Below, piece by piece: positions 22,369 to 30,576 of a DNA stretch of 64,000 nucleotides. The notes beneath the pieces were generated by a model, which was given only the letters and a program-made list of their open reading frames with translations, did no database searches and was not told the DNA's origin. The stretch comes from an uncultured Bacilli bacterium (lineage in GTDB: Bacteria; Bacillota_I; Bacilli_A; RF39; UBA660), in assembly GCA_947589735.1 (NCBI GenBank), contig CANQCR010000006.1, positions 6,161 to 70,160 on the forward strand, read 5' to 3'. Position numbers and translations under genes: made by a program. The stretch's first letter is position 1, and every line of letters begins with the position of its first letter.

Positions 22369-23237
22369 TTAGTAAAATTCTATTTTCTTTGCTTCATCTA
22401 TATATTCATAATTTAAACTATTGCTTTGAGATATAGCTGATTTTTTAGTTTCTTTTTCATATAAATCCTTGGCTCCTTTGGCAACTCCTCCACCACGTTT
22501 TGCTACACTTAAATTTTCTTTTAAACCTGTTGGATGTTCTTCTCTTGCAATATCCCTTGTTGCTATTTCACCAATATTTGTTAGGTCAACTTCAATGTCA
22601 GTCATATTATCTCTCAAAGATTCTTTTCGAAGACCTTTTAATTTTTTATATTCAGAAGCAGTCATATTTGACCAACCTTTATATATTTCGTTAGTTAAAA
22701 GCTTTCGTTAGTTAAAAGCGCATATTCTAATGGTTTAGTAATTCCTCCTTCTTTCCACACATCAGTAAGTTTAAAGCGATCTACTATTCCATTTAATCTT
22801 GCCTTTATCCATTCATCATTATATCCTTTTTTACGATAATATTCTATCGCTCTATTAACGGCAAGTTCAGGATCAAACACTTCATCAATTCTTTCACTTC
22901 CTAAATTTGCAAGCCATAGTTTAAATGGTTCAGCTTTGTTTGATGGAACTGATTCAATTAATCTTAAAATTCCCTTAGTATCTAATACATCAGTATTATA
23001 AAACTTCCCATCTTTGGCTTTTAATTTCAGTTGACTACAAAATGTAGTCAACTCAGACCCTTCTTTTTTCAATCTTAACTTTAATACAGACCAATATTTT
23101 CTAGCATCACTGCTATCAGTTAATGCGTTTATAACATCAACAACACTAAAGTAATACTCTTCTTTTTCACTATTCCAAATGCTTCTTATTTCTTTACCAT
23201 CAAAAAGATTTGAAATTGTTTCTAATTTATTATTCAA
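22369..23237 (-). pseudogene. Bro-N domain (phage antirepressor-like) gene split by a 17-bp tandem duplication
   Basis: ORFs 22695..23237 (TTG start after AGGGGGA, Bro-N-like N-terminus) and 22369..22665. Deleting one copy of the 17-mer joins them in frame as ...EYALLTNEIYKGWSNMTASEYKK... Confidence 0.8.
22686..22719. repeat. perfect 17-bp direct tandem duplication (TTTCGTTAGTTAAAAGC x2)
   Basis: 22686-22702 and 22703-22719 are identical when read directly from the sequence. 17 is not a multiple of 3, so the duplication shifts the frame. Confidence 0.95.
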
Positions 23238-23554
23238 AATTCCCCCTACTTTCTTATTTTTATTAAATGTTAAATGTTGTAATTAAACAATTTATAGTGC
23301 TATATGTTAACTATTTTATTTTCTTTTATTTTAATTAACTTCTTCAATATTTAAACTACTAGAGCAAAGTATTTCACAAGTATAATTATACCATAGAACT
23401 ATGTATTTTTATAATCTTTGTTAGTTCTTCGAATCGAACTTTATACTTAAAAATAATTTTTATTGTAACATATATATTATCAATAAATTCATTAACTAAA
23501 TTCCTAGTTATTAGCTCTATGAAACTTATATTATCTATATAGATAGAATCTAAA

Positions 23555-23579
23555 TAAAAAACTAAGAATAATCTTAGTT
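23555..23579 (-). terminator. rho-independent terminator
   Basis: Stem AACTAAGA/TCTTAGTT with a 4-nt loop overlapping the stop at 23574, followed by a T run on the minus strand. Confidence 0.6.
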
Positions 23580-24193
23580 TAATTCCTTATAATTTGATTT
23601 CATACTTTTCATATAAAATTTTCCGATTCTTTTGGTATCATATTCTAGTAAATTAGGATTTTTTTGTTTGATGACTTTAGGTAAATCAAAATATTTAAAG
23701 CCATAGATGAACACTAGTTGACTATATGGATTACCTCCATAAACTATTCTTTTATCGCCATTTTTAAAAATTAATTTTGTTTTGCGATGGATGTTTTGAA
23801 AAAGGTAGCGAGGATTACTTATTTTATTATACATCATAACAACATCGGAGTATTTATATACATTAACTTTCATTCTTTTGCTAATTATAATATAATTATC
23901 GGTTAATATAAGCCGTGACCAAAAATAGTATATAACCTTATCTAATTTCTCTGTCTCGTTCATTTGCAATAATTTAGAATACACTTTATTAAAAAAAGAT
24001 ATTTCAACAAGATTACCAAGCAATATTATGCTTAGACATACAAATAAAATACCAAAAGATTTTAAATATACCCAAATATCAGCATATAATATAAAAAATA
24101 TAGACGATAATAGCAATAATATATTAGAACATATTAAGTATTTATTTTTCTTTTTTAATTTCTTTTTTCACTTTCGGTATCAATAGCAATCAT
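23574..24193 (-). pseudogene. two-TM membrane protein gene, apparently frameshifted at an A6 tract
   Basis: The 180-aa ORF (23574..24116) has only a TTG start and no SD. A strong SD (AAGGTGG) plus ATG at 24193 opens a 12-codon ORF. One extra A in the A6 tract (24163-24168) would fuse them as MIAIDTESEKKKLKKKNKYLICSNILLLLSSIFF... Confidence 0.5.
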
Positions 24194-24289
24194 CAAACCA
24201 CCTTATTATTTTCTAATTTAAAATGTCATTTAGGGAATTCAGAGAAGATTATCTTTTATATTTATTATTTTTAAATTTGCATGTTTTTT

Positions 24290-24637
24290 TCATAGATTTC
24301 TCTCATTTTCATTAATTATCTTTTCTAAATTAGCTTTTAGTAAATTATATCTATGAAGAGTATTTTTGTTTTTACCGCAATACTTTTTTGGAATCTCTTC
24401 ATTTGGTTCATAAGCAATATCAATCGCATATAAAGAGAATTGATCAGATGTTAAATCGAAATATAAATCATTAATTTTATTAAAATAATGTGTTCCACCA
24501 TCATCAAACCTTATTTTATGAATAGTACCACCAAATAAATCATTAACTATCATTGATGTTACTGCACATTGTCCATAAGTTGGATCATAGTATGAATTAT
24601 ACTCTTCTTAACAACTTGGATATGCTGTTTCTTTACA
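24290..24637 (-). pseudogene. YunG-like domain interrupted by in-frame TAA codons
   Basis: DPTYGQCAVTSMIVNDLFGG, THYFNKIN and DLTSDQF match my recollection of the YunG family. TAA at 24608-24610 and TAA at 24638-24640 lie in the same frame as ORF 24638..25204. Confidence 0.5.
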
Positions 24638-25204
24638 TTAACATTTTAAAAGTAATTTAAATAAATCATCTAAATTATGAATTCCTTTTACTTCTTTAAT
24701 TGGTTTTATATCAAATCTATGCTCATTGAAATAATGTATAACTCTATTACTTTCAGTCAAGAATAAATTTTTATCAATTTCAAAAGTATTTATTAGTTCA
24801 AAATTTTGATCACTATATAAATAGTCTTCTTCTGATTCATCAACAATTCTAAATTCATCTTTTGGAAGTACTCTATAATATTGGTTATTTTTAATAAAAT
24901 TTAAATTAGTTTCTCCAACATATTTATATTCTTCATAAACTGACATTGTAACATATTTATCAATAACACTTTGATAAACAGATATTAATTTTCCTTGTTT
25001 CTTTGGTTCTTTAGTTAATCTTTCTATGTCTGAAATAGTGGCATTATAGAGCCCTGTCCTAGGTGATAAATATTCATATTCTTCATCGTACTCAGTTAGA
25101 ATATTTAAACTATCTATAACTTCACAAATACTACCAATTCCATTTGTTGATAAAACTTTTACTCTATCTCCCTTTTTAATTAATCCACCTTTCATATAAC
25201 ACAC
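24638..25204 (-). CDS. hypothetical protein (possibly the N-terminal part of a former fusion with the YunG-like domain)
   Basis: 188-aa ORF in the same reading frame as the downstream YunG-like fragment. No recognisable motif. Confidence 0.45.
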   Translation of the reverse strand: MCYMKGGLIKKGDRVKVLSTNGIGSICEVIDSLNILTEYDEEYEYLSPRTGLYNATISDIERLTKEPKKQGKLISVYQSVIDKYVTMSVYEEYKYVGETNLNFIKNNQYYRVLPKDEFRIVDESEEDYLYSDQNFELINTFEIDKNLFLTESNRVIHYFNEHRFDIKPIKEVKGIHNLDDLFKLLLKC

Positions 25205-25215
25205 CCGTTTTAATA

Positions 25216-25887
25216 TTAATTCTCCTGCCCTACAGCAATATCTTTTATTTGCGATGGTCTTACTTCAGCTTTATAGAATTCTTTAAATGAATCTTGAAAT
25301 AATTTAATTACATCATATATATCTCTTCCATTTTCATCTGTATATTTTTCTGATTCTCCTGGATTATTTTCATTTATAATATCCCACGGACTAACTAAAT
25401 CATTATCTTCTAGAATATCATTATTTTCAAAAATATCTTTATAATTTTCATCTTTAAAATATAGAAACATTTCATTATATTGGTACTTTCCTATTTCTTC
25501 TTCCGTAAAATGATTGCCTACACCAAAGCTAACTAAGCCATCATTAATTAACACATCACTAACTGGTTCTAAAATCTTTTTAGCTTCTACTTTAGAAATA
25601 CCATCTAAATAATAAACATCATTATGTGTTTCTTTTATTATTCCAATACCGTCTTTCTTTGTTTCTTTTACTACTATTTCATCTTTTAAATTGCAGGGAA
25701 CTTCAAAAAATAAAAATAATCTATCACTATCTTTTTGTCTATCAACAAAATCATATATTAATTTAAGAATTTTATTTGCGCTGACATTAGCTCTGATATA
25801 TTTCAAATTTTCATCTTGTTCAATAGAATATCCATCTTTTAATCCTTTAGAATCTTTAATTTTACTCCCTTTTACAAATTCTAACAT
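25216..25887 (-). CDS. hypothetical acidic cytoplasmic protein
   Basis: ORF 25216..25926. ATG at 25887 (MLEFVKGSK) follows AAAGGTGA. No family recognised. Confidence 0.5.
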   Translation of the reverse strand: MLEFVKGSKIKDSKGLKDGYSIEQDENLKYIRANVSANKILKLIYDFVDRQKDSDRLFLFFEVPCNLKDEIVVKETKKDGIGIIKETHNDVYYLDGISKVEAKKILEPVSDVLINDGLVSFGVGNHFTEEEIGKYQYNEMFLYFKDENYKDIFENNDILEDNDLVSPWDIINENNPGESEKYTDENGRDIYDVIKLFQDSFKEFYKAEVRPSQIKDIAVGQEN

Positions 25888-26026
25888 AATATTCACCTTT
25901 TGACATATATTTACATTATACCACAAATAATTAGGCTTTTACCCCTAACTTACTTAGTCATAATATTTTAATTAGTGTGATGAGTCTATTTTGGCTAACC
26001 AAGCAATAAAAGTATTTTTTACCGCA

Positions 26027-26064
26027 TAAAAAAGGTATTCCAAGCTCAACGAGTAAGGAATACT
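26027..26064 (-). terminator. rho-independent terminator after the NUDIX operon
   Basis: 7-bp stem GGTATTC/GAATACC (26034-26064) followed by T6 on the minus strand. Confidence 0.55.
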
Positions 26065-26131
26065 TCAATCCTCAATATAATTATATATTATTTTATGTGA
26101 CTGATATTACCAAAGCAGTACTTAAATTAGA

Positions 26132-26596
26132 CTATTTTAAATCTTCAATTTTTTTAGATAATATATTCCAATTGTCATCAAAGTCAAAATAAGCATTTAT
26201 TTTTTTACCCTCTAAAATAAGTGGTAGCCAATATTTATCATCAGGAAACATATTATCATAAGGAATATCCGTAATATCAAACCATTTTGGGCACATCTCT
26301 TCCGTCTCTTTAGGTTCACCAATCCATTCACTAGCTACATAAAGATGAAAAACAACATTTCCTTTTTGTCCTTTATAATATTCATCAAAAGAAAGAACGC
26401 CTACTTTTTCATATTGTGTAGGTGTTACCATAATTTCTTCTTCGGTTTCTCTAATCATAGCTTCTTCGGGTGTTTCACCTTCTTCGATTTTCCCACCGAC
26501 ACCATTATATTTACCTTCACCAAAGCCTCGTTTTTTCATAGCTAGTAAAATGTGGTTATCCTTTTTTAATAAACAAAGGGTTGTTTCTAATTTCAT
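26132..26596 (-). CDS. NUDIX hydrolase (MutT-like)
   Basis: NUDIX box GGKIEEGETPEEAMIRETEEE. Confidence 0.8.
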   Translation of the reverse strand: MKLETTLCLLKKDNHILLAMKKRGFGEGKYNGVGGKIEEGETPEEAMIRETEEEIMVTPTQYEKVGVLSFDEYYKGQKGNVVFHLYVASEWIGEPKETEEMCPKWFDITDIPYDNMFPDDKYWLPLILEGKKINAYFDFDDNWNILSKKIEDLK

Positions 26597-26610
26597 AATT
26601 TACCTCTTTT

Positions 26611-27108
26611 CTAGTTTGCAAACGTTTTTAATTTATGAAGTAAGGGAGTCCTGTTTTCTTTTATGATAATAGAATCATCATGCTTCATAATCATTTTAAT
26701 TACATCATCAATATCAAACCATTTAACTTCTGACAATTCTTCTTTTTGAATAGTAAAATCCTTTGGATTATAATTACATTTCATATAATATATTCTAGTT
26801 AAATTAGCGTTTTCTTCTAAAACGTGAAGATCATAATCGTGAACTAGAATACCTAATTCTTCTTTTAACTCTCTTTTAGTAGCAGCAATTAAACTTTCAC
26901 CAGCCACGACTCCACCACTTAAAGGAGCCCATTTATTAGGATTATATTTTTTATTAGCGCTTCTTTTTTGTAAGAGCATCTCACCTTTATCATTGATAAT
27001 AAATACCACTACTTCCCAATGTGGAAGATGATTTCTTCTTGCTACATCTCTCGCAACTACTTGACCAGTAAACTCTCCTTTTTCATTAACAACATCAACT
27101 AGTTCCAT
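26611..27108 (-). CDS. NUDIX hydrolase, isopentenyl-diphosphate isomerase-like subfamily
   Basis: Start at the ATG at 27108 (MELVDVVNEKGE). HWEVVVFIIN, LLQKRSANKK and a NUDIX box GGVVAGESLIAATKRELKEELG. Confidence 0.7.
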   Translation of the reverse strand: MELVDVVNEKGEFTGQVVARDVARRNHLPHWEVVVFIINDKGEMLLQKRSANKKYNPNKWAPLSGGVVAGESLIAATKRELKEELGILVHDYDLHVLEENANLTRIYYMKCNYNPKDFTIQKEELSEVKWFDIDDVIKMIMKHDDSIIIKENRTPLLHKLKTFAN

Positions 27109-27109
27109 A

Positions 27110-27661
27110 TTATAGGCTATCCTCTTTATTGTTTTTAGCGCTATCATTTACGCTTTCAATGCCTTCTTGCTTTTTAATATACGCTAAAATCTTATTTTGA
27201 TTTTTAATAACACTTTCTAACTGTGAATATAATTGTTCAAGAATAAGCTCACTTTTCAAATCAGTCCGATAATCATTTTTATTACGAATCGTATCTTTTT
27301 TAGCTTCTCTGTTCTGGCTCATCATAATGATAGGAGCTTGTAAAGCCGCAAGACATGAAAGCAATAAATTAAGAAGGATAAAGGGATATGGGTCAATAGC
27401 GTCATTTGCAAGAATAACACCGTTTAAAATAATCCAAAGCAAGAGAAAACAACTAAAGCCAATAATAAATGACCAACTACCAGCAACAGCTGAAAGTTTG
27501 TCCGCAACTTTATCACCAAAAGTCATTTTGGCGTCATTTTCTTTATCGACATCAACGGATATAGGACTATTAATCAGTAAATCAATGATTTCTTCTTCCG
27601 TTTTTTCATCAAGATTTTGATGAAGAAGCATTTTAACAATTTCTCTTTTTTTCTTTTCCAT
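27110..27661 (-). CDS. DUF1003-family membrane protein
   Basis: FGDKVADKLSAVAGSWSFIIGF, DPYPFILLNLLLSCLAALQAPIIMMSQNR and a C-terminal coiled coil, as in DUF1003. Confidence 0.7.
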   Translation of the reverse strand: MEKKKREIVKMLLHQNLDEKTEEEIIDLLINSPISVDVDKENDAKMTFGDKVADKLSAVAGSWSFIIGFSCFLLLWIILNGVILANDAIDPYPFILLNLLLSCLAALQAPIIMMSQNREAKKDTIRNKNDYRTDLKSELILEQLYSQLESVIKNQNKILAYIKKQEGIESVNDSAKNNKEDSL

Positions 27662-27763
27662 AATCTCATCTCCATATATAATCGTTTTACCCTCTTAATT
27701 ATACCACATTTAAAAATATTTTAAGAATTTTAAAAGGCCTTAATGGTCTTTTAAAATTCAAAA

Positions 27764-28828
27764 CTAAGCCAGTTTATTGTGATGAATAATTTTATTTAAG
27801 CATTTATCTAACATTTGTCTTATTAAATCGATAAGACAAGCAATTGTAAAGACAATAAAGGCCGAAATTAAAATGTAAAATATTGAAAAGTTACTATCTA
27901 GATGAGTTGCGCTATGAAAAACGTTTTGCCAAATATAATAATCGAAGTATCCATCGTGGAGGATATACACACCTAAGGTTGTCGATGCAATCTTATTAAT
28001 AAACTTATTCGGTTTAATATCAATTTTTAGGAATAAGTAGAAAAGCGACAAACTTAATATAACCATTAAAATAGAGTTAGGTGTCCAAAAATATGATAAT
28101 TCTTTTAAACCCATTTTAGATAAGAAACCACGGAAATGATAAATAACAATAATTGCTAAAAGCATCAAAGAAAACGATGTAAGCGCACTAATGATACTGT
28201 TTTTCTTTTTTTCGAAGAAAGATAGTTTATATCTTTTAATATAAGATCCGACTAAATATAGAACTACACCCCAAATGAATCTTGAAAAATATGGGAAGGC
28301 TTCACTACTGTTATAAAATACGCCCAAAAGAGTTGGGATAATAGAACAAATGATAAGAGCTATAATGATAAGTCTTTTATGCTCATCTTTTTTCATATTA
28401 TTTATTAAGATATTTAAGTATGGTGCAAGAATATAGATATAGACATAAACTGTTACAAACCAAAACTTACCAATGGTAATAGGAAAAAGTAAAAAGAAAA
28501 TATCCTTGATTCTTTTAAACTTATATAGTCCAAGCAGTGACGCTACTAAAACCATTAATAAGTTATAAAATTGTACTTCTAATAATATTTTTATTAGTCT
28601 TTTCAAAGAAAATTTACCATCGACCATAAAATAACCTGTTATCAAAAAGAAAATGTTTACACCTAATTCACCAAATAGATAAAAAGTCTTAACAATAAAA
28701 GAGTTGAAATTTAAAACGTCAAATGTATAACCACTTTTATAGACATAATGAAAACTTATGATTAAAAGCATCGCTACAATTCTTAATAACTCGATATTTG
28801 ATCTACGCATTTCTTTTGAATTATTCAT
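27764..28828 (-). CDS. acyltransferase family 3 membrane protein (O-acyltransferase)
   Basis: NIELLRIVAMLLIISFHY N-terminus, ~10 TM segments, 354 aa. Confidence 0.75.
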   Translation of the reverse strand: MNNSKEMRRSNIELLRIVAMLLIISFHYVYKSGYTFDVLNFNSFIVKTFYLFGELGVNIFFLITGYFMVDGKFSLKRLIKILLEVQFYNLLMVLVASLLGLYKFKRIKDIFFLLFPITIGKFWFVTVYVYIYILAPYLNILINNMKKDEHKRLIIIALIICSIIPTLLGVFYNSSEAFPYFSRFIWGVVLYLVGSYIKRYKLSFFEKKKNSIISALTSFSLMLLAIIVIYHFRGFLSKMGLKELSYFWTPNSILMVILSLSLFYLFLKIDIKPNKFINKIASTTLGVYILHDGYFDYYIWQNVFHSATHLDSNFSIFYILISAFIVFTIACLIDLIRQMLDKCLNKIIHHNKLA

Positions 28829-28866
28829 CTTTTATTCAATACTCCGTTCAACTAGTTAGTTAAAAG

Positions 28867-28914
28867 TTTTTTAATGTATCTCCTGATACATTAAAAAAAG
28901 GGATCCCTTTTTTT
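28867..28914. terminator. compound bidirectional terminator (two overlapping perfect hairpins)
   Basis: TTTTTTAATGTATC-tcct-GATACATTAAAAAA, then AAAAAAAGGGA/TCCCTTTTTTT. Confidence 0.75.
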
Positions 28915-28980
28915 AACTTTAATTATCTACTAGTTATTATATCATAGTTTATTATTTATCACCAAGCAAATCTATGCAAG

Positions 28981-29017
28981 AAAAAAGCTAATATTGTTTA
29001 CTTCAATATTAGCTTTT
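28981..29017 (-). terminator. rho-independent terminator after the GT39-like gene
   Basis: 14-bp perfect stem AAAAGCTAATATTG/CAATATTAGCTTTT overlapping the stop at 29009, with a T run on the minus strand. Confidence 0.8.
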
Positions 29018-30571
29018 AAATCTAACATACTTTTTACCATTAACTTTAGGATATTGGTCATCTAAAATATAGTTTCTGCTAATAAAACTCATAAATTCGT
29101 CACTAAACTTAAATCCTGAGTTAGGTTCAAAAATATATAAAACGTCATATTCTAAGAAATCTTCATTGCTAGCTTCTTCTGGTTCAGCTAACTTTTGATG
29201 ATCAGATACAACTTTAAAAAGACTATTTTGATCGATATCTTCATCATATACATTACTTGGTAATTTTACACCTTTACGCGTAAAATAGTAATCTAAATAA
29301 GTTGATCCTGGTCTTACAATAACCGCGCTTTTAGCGTTATAAGCATCCTTTTCTTTGGCGACTACCGAAGCTATTTGCTTAAAAGGATGAACGCTATTTT
29401 TCATTTCTTTAGAAAAGAGACTAAAGCTTTGTTTCGACAAAATAGCTAAGATACATAAAATAACTACTAAAGTAAAATTAGAATCAATCTTAAAATCATT
29501 TATTTTTAATTCTACTTCTTTTTTATTAATACTAAACTTTAGATGGAGCATTTCCGCTAAAACAAAAGACGTTAAAAGGATAACCTCCGGTAAGACAACC
29601 ATAAAATATCTTTGAACAAATAATGATCCCTTGGGATTGATATACGCACTATAGATATAAGTAGTTAAAAATGTCCATATTATAAATCCTAAACAGACAA
29701 TATACCAAAAATATTCTTTTCTTTTTTTATATCCAAAATATTGTAATAAAACAAGTATAATTCCTAAACCAAATAGTAATAGATATATTTTAGAATTACT
29801 TAATAGGAGTAAGAAAGTATCAATTACATAACTAAGCGTTGGCTTAGAACCCCAATAACTTGAAACGCTAATAACGTGGTTTTTTAAAGTTAAAATAAGC
29901 CAAGGAAGGAAAGATAATCCTAATACTATATAAGGTATAAATAGTTTAATATCCGTTTTCTTTTTAAACCATAGATATACTTCAATCATAAAATAGAATG
30001 GAATAATTAAGCAACCGAACCAATGCGTATATGCAAGTAAAACAAGAGATATCGTATATAGTATTGTTACTTTTAGCGAATGAAGATTATCAATATGCTT
30101 TAAGAAAAGATAAAAAGATAATACTGATGTGAAGAATAAAAGAGCATACGGTCTTAATTCAGCCGCTCCCTGAATCATTAAAAAGGAAGAAGTTATCGTT
30201 ATAAGAAAAGCTATAAAGCCTAAATCTTCACCACCGATTTTTTCACCAATCTTCTTCATCAAATAAGCACTAGCTACAAGGAGAAAAATATTTGGCATTA
30301 ATAACCATACCTCACCATATGGAACAATTTTATTAACCGGATACATTAATAGATAGTAAAGAGGTAAATTATACATATCTTTAGATAAGCTCTTTAACAT
30401 ATCAATAATATTAGGCATATTTAAATATCTTAAAGTAAACTCTAATTCGTCACCCCAAAAGGATGGCTTTCCAACTTTCATTAGCATGAATAAAACTGCT
30501 AAAGCGAGAACTAAACCACAAATAATATTATATATTTTCTTTTTTTTATTTGTCTTTGTCAATTTAGCCAC
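29009..30571 (-). CDS. GT39/ArnT-like polyprenyl-phosphate-dependent glycosyltransferase (GT-C fold)
   Basis: 520 aa, more than 10 TM segments, with a C-terminal soluble domain. General resemblance to the ArnT/PMT family. Directly downstream of the UbiA-like gene. Confidence 0.55.
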   Translation of the reverse strand: MAKLTKTNKKKKIYNIICGLVLALAVLFMLMKVGKPSFWGDELEFTLRYLNMPNIIDMLKSLSKDMYNLPLYYLLMYPVNKIVPYGEVWLLMPNIFLLVASAYLMKKIGEKIGGEDLGFIAFLITITSSFLMIQGAAELRPYALLFFTSVLSFYLFLKHIDNLHSLKVTILYTISLVLLAYTHWFGCLIIPFYFMIEVYLWFKKKTDIKLFIPYIVLGLSFLPWLILTLKNHVISVSSYWGSKPTLSYVIDTFLLLLSNSKIYLLLFGLGIILVLLQYFGYKKRKEYFWYIVCLGFIIWTFLTTYIYSAYINPKGSLFVQRYFMVVLPEVILLTSFVLAEMLHLKFSINKKEVELKINDFKIDSNFTLVVILCILAILSKQSFSLFSKEMKNSVHPFKQIASVVAKEKDAYNAKSAVIVRPGSTYLDYYFTRKGVKLPSNVYDEDIDQNSLFKVVSDHQKLAEPEEASNEDFLEYDVLYIFEPNSGFKFSDEFMSFISRNYILDDQYPKVNGKKYVRFKS

Positions 30572-30576
30572 CTCTT

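Noticed and set aside
22469-22711. Plus-strand ORFs 22469..22711 and 22500..22694, opposite the Bro-N C-terminal fragment.
   Set aside because: They are antisense to a reading frame that is explained by the duplication-restored Bro-N gene, and they have no start signals.
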